64,000 nucleotides of DNA from an uncultured archaeon (lineage in GTDB: Archaea > Asgardarchaeota > Lokiarchaeia > Sigyniarchaeales > SOKP01). Of the stretch, positions 49,842 through 61,375 are shown piece after piece. How positions within the stretch are numbered: the first letter of the stretch is position 1; each line of letters starts with the position of its first letter. The translations under genes were made by a program, and so were the position numbers. Location of the stretch: contig CAZALK010000003.1 of the NCBI GenBank assembly GCA_964486045.1, positions 224,001 to 288,000 on the forward strand. Direction: 5' to 3'. The notes beneath the pieces are model-generated. The model made no database searches, was not told where the DNA came from, and worked only from the letters and a program-made list of their open reading frames with translations.

Positions 49842-51497
49842 ATGTCAGAATTTGATAAAATAAGAGAAGATATGGAAGAGTGGCAAACCACCTTTCCAAA
49901 TAATAAAGAAAGGCAAATTAGTTTCAGAAACCTTTCAGATATAGAAATTAAGCGTCTTTATACACCTAATGATGTAAAACAATTAAATTATGGATTGGAT
50001 TTAGGGTTTCCAGGACAATTTCCTTTTACAAGAGGAGCATATCCTAATATGTTTAGAGGTCAATTATGGACAATGAGACAATTTGCCGGTTTTGGAACTG
50101 CTGAACAAACTAATAATCGTTATAAATTCTTAATTAAGCATGGTCAAACCGGATTAAGTGTTGCTTTTAGTCTACATACTATTTATGGTATAGAAGCAAC
50201 AGATCAAAGAGCTTTAGGAGAGATTGGAAAAGAAGGCGTTGCAATTGATACTTTGAAGGATATGGAAACTCTTTTTGATGGAATTGATCTTTCAAAAATT
50301 AGTACATCGATGACAATAAATGCCCCGGCCTCAATATTATTAGCAATGTACATAGTAACTGCAGAAAAACAAGGACATGGAGCTGAAAAATTGAGAGGAA
50401 CTATACAAAATGATATTTTAAAAGAATATGTAGCCCAAAAATCTTGGGTATTCCCACCAGAACCATCAATGCGCTTAATAGTTGATACTATTGAATATTG
50501 TACTAAACATGTACCACAATGGTATACAATCAGCATCAGTGGATATCATATCAGAGAGGCAGGATCAACTGCCGTCCAAGAATTAGCATTCACACTAGCT
50601 GATGGGTTTGCTTATGTTGAAGCTGCTCTTGAGAGAGGTTTAGACATTGATGATTTTGCTCCTCGATTATCTTTCTTCTTTAATTCACATAATAATTTCT
50701 TTGAAGAAGCATGCAAGTATCGAGCAGCTCGGAGAATATGGGCTAAACATATGAAAAATAAGTATGGTGCAAAAAAACCTGAATCTATGCGGTTGAGATT
50801 CCATACTCAAACAGCAGGAGTTTCTTTAACTGCTCAAGAACCAGAAAATAATATTGTAAGAACCACAATTCAAGGCTTAGCAGCAGTTTTAGGTGGTACT
50901 CAATCATTGCATACAAATTCTTTTGATGAGGCCTTATGCTTACCAACTGAAAAAGCTGTTAAAATAGCATTAAGAACTCAACAGATTATCGCTTATGAAT
51001 CAGGAGTTACAGATACAGTTGATCCTTTAGCTGGTTCATATTATGTAGAATGGCTTACAAATAAAATGGAAGAAGAAGCTGAGAGTTATTTTAAACAAAT
51101 AGAGGAATTAGGTGGTGTTATTCCTGCGATAAAAGCAAATTTCCTACAAAAGGAAGTTGCGAATGCTTCCTATAAGTTTCAACAAGAAGTTGAAAATGCC
51201 GACCGAATAATAGTGGCCGTAAATCAATTTCAGCAAAAAGAACAGAATGTTGTGCCATTATTAAAAATTGATGATGAAGTTGCAGAAAACCAAGTTAAAG
51301 ACCTATTGAGAATAAAGGAAGAACGAGATAATATTAAAATAAAGGAAAAATTGGAAAGGATAAAACAAGCCGCGAAAGGTACGGAAAATTTAATGCCTTT
51401 AATCATGGATGCGATTAGAGTTTATGCGTCTATAGGAGAAATAATAAATTCATTAAAAGAAGTATTTGGAACATATGAGGAGGATTCAATTTTTTAA
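49842..51497 (+). CDS. Acyl-CoA mutase large subunit, isobutyryl-CoA-mutase-type residues
   Basis: PFTRG, WTMRQFAGF, QNDILKEYVAQK, ISISGYHIREAG, HTQT, SLHTN. Confidence 0.92.
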   Translation: MSEFDKIREDMEEWQTTFPNNKERQISFRNLSDIEIKRLYTPNDVKQLNYGLDLGFPGQFPFTRGAYPNMFRGQLWTMRQFAGFGTAEQTNNRYKFLIKHGQTGLSVAFSLHTIYGIEATDQRALGEIGKEGVAIDTLKDMETLFDGIDLSKISTSMTINAPASILLAMYIVTAEKQGHGAEKLRGTIQNDILKEYVAQKSWVFPPEPSMRLIVDTIEYCTKHVPQWYTISISGYHIREAGSTAVQELAFTLADGFAYVEAALERGLDIDDFAPRLSFFFNSHNNFFEEACKYRAARRIWAKHMKNKYGAKKPESMRLRFHTQTAGVSLTAQEPENNIVRTTIQGLAAVLGGTQSLHTNSFDEALCLPTEKAVKIALRTQQIIAYESGVTDTVDPLAGSYYVEWLTNKMEEEAESYFKQIEELGGVIPAIKANFLQKEVANASYKFQQEVENADRIIVAVNQFQQKEQNVVPLLKIDDEVAENQVKDLLRIKEERDNIKIKEKLERIKQAAKGTENLMPLIMDAIRVYASIGEIINSLKEVFGTYEEDSIF

Positions 51498-51511
51498 AAT
51501 GGTGAAATTAT

Positions 51512-51913
51512 ATGTCAGAAGAGAGAAAAATTAAAGTACTCGTTTGTAAACCAGGATTAGATGGTCATGATAGAGGAGCTAAAGTTATAGCAAGAGCTCT
51601 AAGAGATGCCGGAATGGAAGTAATTTACACGGGTATACATCAGACACCTGATGATATTGTAAATACCGTTATCCAAGAGGATCCTGATGCCGTAATGTTA
51701 AGTATTTTATCAGGTGCACATAATGCTCTCTGCCCTGTAATCATGAAAAAATTAAAAGAACAGGATATTGATGATGTCCTCGTTGCTGTAGGAGGAATTA
51801 TCCCTGATGAAGATAAACCCTTATTGGAAAAACAAGGTTTGAAAGGTTTTTACGGTCCGGGAACTAATCTGAAAACAATAGTGGAATTTGTGAAAAACAA
51901 TTTAAAAAGATAA
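51512..51913 (+). CDS. Acyl-CoA mutase cobalamin-binding small subunit
   Basis: KPGLDGHDRG, SILSGAH, GGIIP. Confidence 0.95.
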   Translation: MSEERKIKVLVCKPGLDGHDRGAKVIARALRDAGMEVIYTGIHQTPDDIVNTVIQEDPDAVMLSILSGAHNALCPVIMKKLKEQDIDDVLVAVGGIIPDEDKPLLEKQGLKGFYGPGTNLKTIVEFVKNNLKR

Positions 51914-51920
51914 TATTAAT

Positions 51921-52916
51921 ATGGATTACTCCGATTTAACCGAAAACCTATTAAAAGGCAATACTCGGGCTGCTGCTAGACTAATAACTGTAGTAGAAAA
52001 TGATATCGTTGCTGCTGAAGAAATTATTAACTCAATTTACAAACACACAGGTAAAGCATATATCATAGGTATAACAGGAGCACCTGGAACAGGTAAATCT
52101 ACTTTTATTTCAACATTAATTAAGAATTATGTTGACCAAAATAAAAAGGTTGGAATAATTTGTGTGGATCCAACTTCTCCGTTAACAGGGGGAGCTCTTT
52201 TAGGAGATAGAATTCGTATGAAACAACATTTTTCACTAAATAATGTCTTTATTAGAAGCATGGCAAATCGTGGGCAACTTGGTGGTTTAGCAAGAGCAAC
52301 TGAGGATACGATTAAAATTTTGGATGTGTATGGGTGTGATATAATAATTGTTGAAACGGTTGGAGTTGGACAATCTGAAGTTGATATCTTTAAGTCCGCC
52401 CATACTGTTATCGTGCTTTTAGTTCCAGGGTTAGGTGATGAAATTCAAGCTATTAAGGCAGGAATAATGGAAATTACGGATATTTTTGTCGTAAATAAGA
52501 TGGATTTACCAGGATCAGATAAGAAGGTAGCGGATATTATGCAAATGCTGAGATTCAAAAAAAGTTATAAGTATGAATCTGAAAGTGTAAGGAAAAAATT
52601 TGCGAAAATAAATCAATGGACACCAGAAATCACTAAAGTGAATTCAAAAACAGGAGAAAATTTTGATGCCCTCTTCGGACTTATAAAGAATCATAAACTC
52701 TTTTTAGAAGAATCTGGAGTAATGGCAAATTACATGGAAAACAGAATTAAAAGTGAAACTGTTCAAATTTTAAAACATAAGCTCACCAAGAAAGTTGAAG
52801 AATTACTTAATACTGATACAGAAATAGGAAAATATATTGGCCAAACAATTCAAAAATCCTTAGATCCTTATTCTATGGCAAATTTAATAATAAAAATGTT
52901 AGGGCTTGAAAAATAG
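51921..52916 (+). CDS. meaB: Mutase-associated GTPase chaperone MeaB
   Basis: GAPGTGKST, DPTSP..GGALLGDRIRM, ETVGVGQSE, NKMD. Confidence 0.95.
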   Translation: MDYSDLTENLLKGNTRAAARLITVVENDIVAAEEIINSIYKHTGKAYIIGITGAPGTGKSTFISTLIKNYVDQNKKVGIICVDPTSPLTGGALLGDRIRMKQHFSLNNVFIRSMANRGQLGGLARATEDTIKILDVYGCDIIIVETVGVGQSEVDIFKSAHTVIVLLVPGLGDEIQAIKAGIMEITDIFVVNKMDLPGSDKKVADIMQMLRFKKSYKYESESVRKKFAKINQWTPEITKVNSKTGENFDALFGLIKNHKLFLEESGVMANYMENRIKSETVQILKHKLTKKVEELLNTDTEIGKYIGQTIQKSLDPYSMANLIIKMLGLEK

Positions 52917-53117
52917 TCAAAATTACAATTCTAAAAATTTTGGCTCTCAAATTTAAAAAAAAAATTTATATTTTATTCAATTTTCTAATTTTAGTTGATA
53001 GATTAAATTCATTTCCTTTAAATATAAACCAAATTAATAATAAAATTACTAAAGTCTTAATTAAAATAAAAAAAATTCTTTTGTAAACTATTTTCCATAT
53101 TTTTACCTTAAATTCTA

Positions 53118-53530
53118 TTATTTAACAATTGGAAGAGTAAAGTAAAATGAAGATCCTTGATCTTTTCCTCCTGATTCCATCCAAATTTTCCCACCATGTG
53201 ACTCCACAATTCTTTTTGAAATATAGAGCCCTAACCCAGTGCCATCAATTCCTAAATCAAGCCCTTGCCCATAACGTTCGATTTTTCCGAATTGTTTAAA
53301 GATTTTCTTTTTCTGCTCATCAACAAAGCCAATTCCATTGTCTTTTACCGAAATAACTGCAAATTTTTCTTTTAATTCAGTTTTTATTTCAATTTTACCC
53401 ATTGGTGGGGTATATTTAATAGCATTAGTTAATAAATTTGAAAGTACATCGTGAATCTCCTCTTTTTCAGCATTTACGTACAAATTATTATGAATATCTA
53501 CTTCAATAGATTAATTTCTTCCTTCTGCTA
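53118..53530 (-). pseudogene. Truncated sensor histidine kinase (HATPase_c only)
   Basis: NLLTNAIKYT, DNGIG, GTGLGL; in-frame TAA just upstream and no HisKA domain. Confidence 0.8.
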
Positions 53531-53741
53531 AGGATATATTTCATGCTCAATTTAGTGTACTGATCAGTCAAATTTTTATATAAAATTATTATGTTTTATT
53601 TTAGAATAAGAGTTTTGAATATTTTGTCTCCAGACTATAGAAATTTCCAAAATATAAATATTAACATGGTTAATAATAATAGTAATAACAATAGAATTAA
53701 TTGAAAAAAACAAAATTAAAATTGATTAGAAGGGCTTAATT

Positions 53742-55580
53742 ATGATAACAGATAGAATCTTATTAACAACACCGTGTTACCCATACCCTACCCTTCCTGC
53801 TAACGACAGTTTAACGGATGCTACGGGTCAGCGCTTTACTCATGGAGATGATATTTTTACTATAGTCTCTCATACACATTGCTATGCTAATCATATTCTG
53901 GCGCAAAATATTAATATTCCCTCAACTCTGCTTGAATATCCTAGATGGAATAATTTTACTGAAGAAGTAGATAAAGGTTATGCTATAATCGGTATTAGTT
54001 CTTTTCCCGTGCATCTTGATACGGTATTAAAAATGTGTAAATATATCCGAGAAAAATTTCCGGAAACAAAAATTCTTTTAGGAAGTTATGGGGCTCAGGC
54101 ATTTGATGCACAATATGACGAAGAAACCAAAAAGGAATATGTAGATCATGTAGTACTAGGGGAAGGTGTAGAATTTCTTCGTGAATTTCTAGGAGAAAGC
54201 ACAGATCGACCTATTTCACAAAAAGTAATGCCCAAATGTGGGGGCGCCCCAGCTTTTATCAATGAATACCCTAGGGGTGGCCTGGGATTTCTAGTCACAG
54301 GATTAGGTTGCCCCGGTGGCTGTGATTTTTGTTCTACCACTGAAATGTTCAATCACAAAAGGATTGAGATACTTTCACCAGAAGAATTTGTTAATCATGT
54401 AGAATTGTATCGTAAACACTCTCCGGGTTTGTCATCAATCTTTGTAATCGAAGAAGATCATTTCCGCCATCCCCGATGGCTTACTAAAACCAGAGAAAAA
54501 TGGCAAGAAAACAAAGATCTAGTAGAAAATGTTGATTGGACTGGTTTTGGTTCAGTAGATTTTATATGGCATTATGCTAGTAATTATGGGTGGGATGCCA
54601 TTCCTGAAACGGGGATGGGTTCAGTTTTTATCGGTGTTGAATCTAAATTTGCTGGTGACCATGGTTACAAAAAAGTTAAAGAAGCCGATGCTCGAGAGAT
54701 TTTTCACAAGCTTCATTCAATGGGAATTCGTACACTCGGTGCATGGATATGTGGTTGGGATTATCATAGCCATGCAAATATGTATGAAGATCTTAACTAT
54801 TTTGTCGCTTGTAAACCTACTTATGAACAACTTACTCGCTTATCTCCGTTCCCAGGCACAGAATTATGGCGTAAACTTAAGGATCAGGGAAGAGTTAGTG
54901 AAGTACCGTGGGAAGATGTACATTTCTGGAGTGGTGCACAAAAAAACATTAATTTAGAAACTCATGAAACACTGAATCTAACAGAATATGGGTATGATTT
55001 GCTATATAAAACGTGGGGACCATCAATTCTTAGAAGAATGGAAGTAACTCTTAACGGATATGAATTTTGTATGAATTCTGACAATCCTATGATGCAAGAA
55101 ACGAGATCCAAATTATTCAAAGGGAGTTGTGTGACATCATGGGAAATGTTAGGTGCAATGTCTAGATTTGCGCCTAATGGCGTTGTGAGACGAAGAGTTC
55201 ATAAAGCAGACGAAAGGTTTAGGGATCTTGTAGGTGAACCTACTCCGATGATGGAAAAGCTTAGTAAAAGCATAGAACAACGGGCTGTGAAATTCAAGAA
55301 GAAGCATATGTTTGAACCATATAATCGTTATCCAAGAGAAGAACCCGCTAAACGATATCTCTACAATAAAGATAGTTCTATAAAAGATGATGATATTCCG
55401 TACATAACAGAGTATCCAAACAAAATTCCAAGAAAATTCAAGAGAGCCGTGAGGATGAATAATTTCAAATACAAATTATTAAGCAAATTTCTAAGTGCTA
55501 GATACAAAGTTAAATCGAATAAACACATAAACGAATTAGATAGTATTCTTTTAAGTGGCAAAGGTTTCGGGGGATTTTAA
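53742..55580 (+). CDS. B12-binding radical SAM protein
   Basis: N-terminal cobalamin-binding-like region (VVLGEG), GCPGGCDFC, IGVES, SPFPGT. Confidence 0.88.
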   Translation: MITDRILLTTPCYPYPTLPANDSLTDATGQRFTHGDDIFTIVSHTHCYANHILAQNINIPSTLLEYPRWNNFTEEVDKGYAIIGISSFPVHLDTVLKMCKYIREKFPETKILLGSYGAQAFDAQYDEETKKEYVDHVVLGEGVEFLREFLGESTDRPISQKVMPKCGGAPAFINEYPRGGLGFLVTGLGCPGGCDFCSTTEMFNHKRIEILSPEEFVNHVELYRKHSPGLSSIFVIEEDHFRHPRWLTKTREKWQENKDLVENVDWTGFGSVDFIWHYASNYGWDAIPETGMGSVFIGVESKFAGDHGYKKVKEADAREIFHKLHSMGIRTLGAWICGWDYHSHANMYEDLNYFVACKPTYEQLTRLSPFPGTELWRKLKDQGRVSEVPWEDVHFWSGAQKNINLETHETLNLTEYGYDLLYKTWGPSILRRMEVTLNGYEFCMNSDNPMMQETRSKLFKGSCVTSWEMLGAMSRFAPNGVVRRRVHKADERFRDLVGEPTPMMEKLSKSIEQRAVKFKKKHMFEPYNRYPREEPAKRYLYNKDSSIKDDDIPYITEYPNKIPRKFKRAVRMNNFKYKLLSKFLSARYKVKSNKHINELDSILLSGKGFGGF

Positions 55581-55609
55581 AATATATCTCAATAAGGGGA
55601 TCATCGGTA

Positions 55610-56707
55610 ATGGATATAACTTTAAAATCTAATTCAAAATCAATCCCCAGCAATTCACCAGTTAGTACTGTTCCGTCAGACTATTTTCCTCCGGAGTGCG
55701 GATTCTGGTATGAGTTATCAGATGGAATTGATGCAGGTAAAAAGCTGTTCTACAGAGATAGCAATCATGGGGAAGGCGCTCCTGAGGCTACAATAGTTTT
55801 TGTTCATGGTAATCCTGAATCTTCATATACTTATAGAAAAGTAATTGAACGTCTGATAAGCACTGCTACAAAACCTTTCAGAATTGTAGCGATGGATCAC
55901 ATTGGGTTTGGTTTATCTGATCAAGCTACATTTGAAATGGTTAGTATGGATCACGCAGATAATCTATTTCAGTTAATAAAGCATCTTGATTTGAAGAGGG
56001 TGACACTTATAATACATGATTGGGGGGGTCCAATTGGTATTGGGGCTTTCTTAAAGGTCTCAGATCTGGTATCTAATCTTGTCATATTAAATAGTACAGT
56101 ATTTCCTTTTCCAAAATCAGGGATGACGTATGAGAACTATCCAATAAAGCAATTTTCCTGGGCAAACACTCCAAATGTTATTCCAAACAATTTATGGGGG
56201 GCATTTGCTTCATTTGCGATTTTTTATAATCCGGAGGATCCACAAGATTTATTAACAAGATTACCTAGTATGCTTAAAGTAGCGATGGAAACCGGAAGTT
56301 TTTCAGAAAATGAAACCCCAACACAAAAATTCTTTAGGGCTCAGTTCCAATCAGAAAAGAATACGTTGAGTTCAAAACGTCTAGTACTTCAAACAAAATC
56401 ATGGGGTCATGGAAATATCTATAAAGAACCTCTTCTTGGTGAACGAGATACAACTTCCTTTTATCGCTCTATTCAAAATAATATCGCTAAGCTCTGGGGG
56501 CCAGATGGTCAAAATATTGGAGTTCGAGCTGTAATTGGGAAATGGGATCCATCAGCAAAAGATGAGGTCATGCAACAATGGAGTAAGCACCTTCCCCAAC
56601 TTAAAGGTCGTATTGAAATATTTGAAGATGCTGGACACTTTATAGAAGAAATTAAACCAGAAGCCATAGCAAATGCGATAAGTGATGTAGCTAACCTAAC
56701 TAGATAA
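55610..56707 (+). CDS. Alpha/beta hydrolase, haloalkane-dehalogenase-like
   Basis: FVHGNP, DHIGFGLSD, IHDWGGPIG, AGHFIEE. Confidence 0.9.
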   Translation: MDITLKSNSKSIPSNSPVSTVPSDYFPPECGFWYELSDGIDAGKKLFYRDSNHGEGAPEATIVFVHGNPESSYTYRKVIERLISTATKPFRIVAMDHIGFGLSDQATFEMVSMDHADNLFQLIKHLDLKRVTLIIHDWGGPIGIGAFLKVSDLVSNLVILNSTVFPFPKSGMTYENYPIKQFSWANTPNVIPNNLWGAFASFAIFYNPEDPQDLLTRLPSMLKVAMETGSFSENETPTQKFFRAQFQSEKNTLSSKRLVLQTKSWGHGNIYKEPLLGERDTTSFYRSIQNNIAKLWGPDGQNIGVRAVIGKWDPSAKDEVMQQWSKHLPQLKGRIEIFEDAGHFIEEIKPEAIANAISDVANLTR

Positions 56708-56841
56708 AAAAAAAAATTTAAACATTTTAATTTTTAACGATTTAAATGGTTCTACCTTATTTTAGAGGGCATGTAGATTGAAAAAATTTAATACTTCCTA
56801 ATATTATTAATTCTATTAATACTCGATAATAAAGTGATGTC

Positions 56842-58338
56842 ATGGCTTTATCTCCTGAAAAGATCTATGAAGATTTAAAAAGAAATACCATTGATAAATC
56901 ATCAGCTGTAGATTTATTAATTTTTTTAATAGGAAATGATAGTAGTTTTGAAATCAAGCTCGAGAGTATTAAAACTTTACAAAAAATAAAAGTTTCAAAC
57001 GAAAGAGTTTTTTCAGTATTAGAGGATTTGCTTGTTTCTGATTTTAGTGAGGAAGTAAGAGAATTAGCGGCTTATAGCTTAAAGGAATTGTTTCAGGAGA
57101 AAGCCTTGTCCCCTCTAAAATGGGCTCTGGAACATGAAAATTCTTTTCAAGTTTTAATGTCAATTATCTCTATTATAAAAAAAATAAATACTCATAACGC
57201 AAAATCAATTTTCATTGATAAAGTTGAGAAATTTGATATTGATAAATTTAGTAACAGCCTTAGAGCTTTCAATATTAAGAAAGAAATTCAAAGTTTTCAA
57301 ACTGATGAGTTAGCAAAAATCATCAAAAACTATGCAGTCATTAAACATTTTAAAGAAATTTTAAAAGATGTAAATTATCAAATAGAAAAAGGTCTAGTGG
57401 GGGAATTAAATCTATCATTTGCAAGTAATGATATAAATGGATGGAAAATTTTAAATCATTTATCTCACTTCTTAAAAATCTTAGAAGATCTTAAAAAATT
57501 AGAATTAAGGAGTAATCGAATTGGGAAATTTCCAATTTCTATCTCTACTTTATATTCTCTACAATATTTGGATTTAAGTCACAATAGTATAGATAAAATC
57601 CCTGATAGTATTCAATCATTAAAGTCTTTAGAATATTTAAATTTAGAATACAACAACCTAACAGAGATTCCGAGATTAATTAACTCATTAACTAAATTAA
57701 ATACACTAAATCTGAAACATAACAAATTATCAAATCTGCCCTCTACAATTGGGGAAATAACGTCTCTTGAAGAAATTAATTTGCACGGAAATCAATTTAA
57801 CGAGATTCCGTCTTCCCTCGAAAACCTTTCCTCACTTATTAGCCTTAAGCTAGGGTTGAATAGTTTAGAATCTGTACCAAAATGGATTAAAAATCTCCAT
57901 TCTCTTAAAGTTTTAGAATTAGGGGGAAACAAATCATTACCAAATATAAATGAATGGTTTGATTTTATACCTCTTGTGAAAGAGTTGAATTTATATAATG
58001 ATGAAATAAGAGAATTACCAGAATCAATAGGATCATTAAACTCTTTACAGGTCTTAATAATGCCCAATAATAAAATAACAAAGCTACCAGATTCATTTAA
58101 AGAATTAACTTCCCTCAAAAAAGTAGATTTAAGCTGGAATGATATCACTCATGTCCCTGAATGGATTAATTCTCTTACATCACTAGAAGAACTAAATTTA
58201 CGGGGAAATCAACTTGAATCTCTACCTGAGACGATATGTTTACTTCCCTCATTAAAGATTTTAATAATAACTCAAAACAAAAAAATGATACAAATTCCTA
58301 AAGACTTAAAAAATAGGGGAATACGAATAGAAAAATAA
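56842..58338 (+). CDS. HEAT + leucine-rich-repeat protein
   Basis: N-terminal HEAT (VRELAAYSL); about 12 LxxLxLxxNxLxxLP units. Confidence 0.92.
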   Translation: MALSPEKIYEDLKRNTIDKSSAVDLLIFLIGNDSSFEIKLESIKTLQKIKVSNERVFSVLEDLLVSDFSEEVRELAAYSLKELFQEKALSPLKWALEHENSFQVLMSIISIIKKINTHNAKSIFIDKVEKFDIDKFSNSLRAFNIKKEIQSFQTDELAKIIKNYAVIKHFKEILKDVNYQIEKGLVGELNLSFASNDINGWKILNHLSHFLKILEDLKKLELRSNRIGKFPISISTLYSLQYLDLSHNSIDKIPDSIQSLKSLEYLNLEYNNLTEIPRLINSLTKLNTLNLKHNKLSNLPSTIGEITSLEEINLHGNQFNEIPSSLENLSSLISLKLGLNSLESVPKWIKNLHSLKVLELGGNKSLPNINEWFDFIPLVKELNLYNDEIRELPESIGSLNSLQVLIMPNNKITKLPDSFKELTSLKKVDLSWNDITHVPEWINSLTSLEELNLRGNQLESLPETICLLPSLKILIITQNKKMIQIPKDLKNRGIRIEK

Positions 58339-58353
58339 GAAGACAGGTAAAGA

Positions 58354-58734
58354 TTATGATGGGGTAATTTCTATATAGATTTGTTTTTCTTTTTCCTCAG
58401 CATTTCGATTCTTTAAATGACTCAATAATTTAAACATGCGATATTTTTTTCTAAATAGCAATTTTGTACGCTCAGTTGCATCAGTTGTTAAAATAAGGGC
58501 TTCTCCATCAATATATTCAGTGTCGATCTTTCCTCTCGCATTGGTTGGTGCAATTTGAACATGGGAATTACTTCTAATACGTCTAGCTTTAAAGGTATCT
58601 CCTCCCGTACAAGCATAGAATTTTAGTTTCTCTTCTACAAACCAAACCTTACTAGCTACTCCTTCTCCATTCTTACGGTAGGTTTTTAGGCTAATATACT
58701 TACCATCTTGTAGTATTGTTAAAATTTCACTCAT
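58354..58734 (-). CDS. PPOX-class F420-dependent oxidoreductase
   Basis: YISLKTYRKNGEGVAS.VW, KARRIR.N..V.IAP...RG, KKY. Confidence 0.88.
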   Translation of the reverse strand: MSEILTILQDGKYISLKTYRKNGEGVASKVWFVEEKLKFYACTGGDTFKARRIRSNSHVQIAPTNARGKIDTEYIDGEALILTTDATERTKLLFRKKYRMFKLLSHLKNRNAEEKEKQIYIEITPS

Positions 58735-58769
58735 AAATCTTCACTTTCTGAATATAAGTTAAAATTACC

Positions 58770-59024
58770 TTACTTTTTTTTTTTTGGATCAATCCATTCA
58801 GAATAAATTTCTACTATTGTTAAAGTCTTATTCTGATGACACTTCTCACACTCTTCATCGGAAAGCTTTTTAAACACGAAATCACCAGCTTTAAATTTTC
58901 GTGAAATGTCAGCTTGACAGGCTCCACATTTAATAATACTATGCTTTTTCTCTACAAATCTCTTCTTTCGATCAAGAATTTCTCCTATCGCGGGGATTGC
59001 AGGGAATTGGGGCTCATCACTCAT
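58770..59024 (-). CDS. Small archaeal Zn-binding protein
   Basis: CGAC...RKFKAGDFVFK...CEKC...IVEIY. Confidence 0.75.
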   Translation of the reverse strand: MSDEPQFPAIPAIGEILDRKKRFVEKKHSIIKCGACQADISRKFKAGDFVFKKLSDEECEKCHQNKTLTIVEIYSEWIDPKKKK

Positions 59025-59357
59025 TACTTGTTTACCTCATTTATCTTTTTGAAAACTTGGTCATAGTTATTGTTATTACTTTACAAAACAAAACAATCCT
59101 AATAACTTTTTAGGTTTGCTTCCATAAATAATTTCAAATACAAACAAGTTGAAGTTTTAATAATTAGATCAACAATTCTTTTTCCGAAACTATAATCAAC
59201 GTATCTACTTTAAGCTTATCATTAATATCGTTTGGTTGGTGTAAGTATACATTATACATCTAAAAAAGTAAAAAATAAAATTGTATAAGCTCAAGAATTA
59301 AATATTGTTTCTTCTTATTAAGCTGTAATTTAACTTTTTTAGAAAAGTGGGAAAAAT

Positions 59358-60911
59358 ATGAAAAAAAAACTTGCAATCTCTAAATTTTTAATGGCTCAAT
59401 TACTATTGTGGGGTGTTTTCTCATTAATTTTGAGTTCTACACCGGTTTCTTTTCAAACTGATACTAGAACTACCGACCCATTTAATCTTAAGTCTAATGC
59501 TGTGGATTTTTTAAATGCTACTGTAATTTCAGACGGATTTGGTAGCATTTATTGGAATGATGGCAGTAGTTATAATCCCGCAGTTGCGGTCGATAGTGAC
59601 AACACAGTTCACGTAGTTTGGCATGATGACACTGATGGTCCATGGGGCACGGATACCGAAATTATGTATGCAAACTACACTACTGCAACTGGATTGTCAA
59701 ATGCCACTGTAATTTCTGATGGATTTGGTGGTGTTTATTGGAATAATGACGATAGCTATAGTTCCGCAGTTGCGGTCGATAGTAGCAATGTAGTTCACGT
59801 AGTTTGGTATGATTGGACTGATGGTATATGGGGCACGGATATCGAAATAATGTATGTTAACTATACTATTGCCGTTGGTTGGTCAAATGTTACTGTAATT
59901 TCTGATGGATATGGTGGTGTCTATTGGAATGATGGAAATAGCTTTATCCCAGCAATCATAGTGGATAACACTGACACAGTTCACGTTGCGTGGCATGATG
60001 ACACTGATGGTGTTTGGGGCACGGATATCGAAATAATGTATGTTAACTATACTATTGCCGGTGGTTGGTCAAATGTTACTGTAATTTCTGATGGATATGG
60101 TGGTGTTTATTGGAATAATGACGACAGCTTTAACCCAGCAATCATAGTGGATAACACTGACACAGTTCACGTTGTGTGGCATGATTGGACTGATGGTATA
60201 TGGGGCATGGATATCGAAATTATGTATGCAAACTACACTATTGCTACAGGTTGGTCAAATGCCACTGTAATTTCTGATGGATTTGGTGGTATTTATTGGA
60301 ATGATGGCGACAGCCGTGACGCTGCAATTACTATTAGCACCACCAATGGAATTCATGTAGTATGGGATGATATGACTCCTGGGCCTTGGGGTGTAGATAA
60401 GGAAATAATGTACGCTGTATACACAACGGGTTGGTCAAATGCCACCGTAATTTCTGATGGACAAAACGGTATTTATTGGAATGATGGAACTAGTAATGAT
60501 CCAGAAATCATTATGGATAATAACGACGTAATTCACGTTGTTTGGGAGGATTGGACTGATGATGGATGGGGAACTGATTGGGAGATAATGTACGCTGAAT
60601 TCATAACTGCGACAGGATGGTCTCTACCCTTGGTAATCTCTGATGGATATGGTGGTGATTTTTGGAACGATGGAAACAGCGTCGCACCTAGTATTGCTAC
60701 CGGTACCACCACAGTTATGGTAGTCTGGTATGATGGCACTGATGGTCCATGGGGCACGGATGTCGAGATAATGCATACATCAATTCCAATCCCTGCACCC
60801 TTCGTCGACAGTACACCAGGAACAAAGGGTATTCCTTTTGGAAACTTTTACCTATTATTTATCTTTGTAGGAATAATAGGGATTATAATATATACCAAAC
60901 GTAAGCTGTAA
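59358..60911 (+). CDS. Secreted 7x~62-aa repeat (probable beta-propeller) surface protein with C-terminal anchor
   Basis: Signal peptide; repeats NATVISDG.GG.YWND..S..P.....VHVVW.D.TDG.WGTD.EIMY; IPFG-TM-KRK. Confidence 0.88.
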   Translation: MKKKLAISKFLMAQLLLWGVFSLILSSTPVSFQTDTRTTDPFNLKSNAVDFLNATVISDGFGSIYWNDGSSYNPAVAVDSDNTVHVVWHDDTDGPWGTDTEIMYANYTTATGLSNATVISDGFGGVYWNNDDSYSSAVAVDSSNVVHVVWYDWTDGIWGTDIEIMYVNYTIAVGWSNVTVISDGYGGVYWNDGNSFIPAIIVDNTDTVHVAWHDDTDGVWGTDIEIMYVNYTIAGGWSNVTVISDGYGGVYWNNDDSFNPAIIVDNTDTVHVVWHDWTDGIWGMDIEIMYANYTIATGWSNATVISDGFGGIYWNDGDSRDAAITISTTNGIHVVWDDMTPGPWGVDKEIMYAVYTTGWSNATVISDGQNGIYWNDGTSNDPEIIMDNNDVIHVVWEDWTDDGWGTDWEIMYAEFITATGWSLPLVISDGYGGDFWNDGNSVAPSIATGTTTVMVVWYDGTDGPWGTDVEIMHTSIPIPAPFVDSTPGTKGIPFGNFYLLFIFVGIIGIIIYTKRKL

Positions 60912-61375
60912 TCTAACAACAATTTTTTTTTATTTTTTTCATTAAAACCATATTTTTTTGTATTATCTCCTAGGTGGATTTTAATTCAAATTTTCTTACA
61001 GTCTTCTTATTGTCATATCTTGACAATAAGTTCTGTTAATTCTTTTAAGTTCAATCATATAGTTGATGTTACAGTTTAAGAGATTTTAAAAAGTGATAAT
61101 TTAAAAAAGTAAAAACCTTCATCACAAAAGCCATGAATTTCATTTTCTTTTTGCATTATTCTTCGCCTTTTTTGTAAAAATAAAACTTGGTAAATGCAAT
61201 ACTAGCAGCTACCTATAAAAATATTACCATAAGATAATTTTACGCAAATCTAACCTTACAAGTAAAACCAGAATAACTAATTAAATATTTGATAACTTTT
61301 GAACAATATTGAAAAGATTTATATTAACAATCAGTTTAAGAGTATACTATCTTTTAACAAAACAGGTGAAATAAG

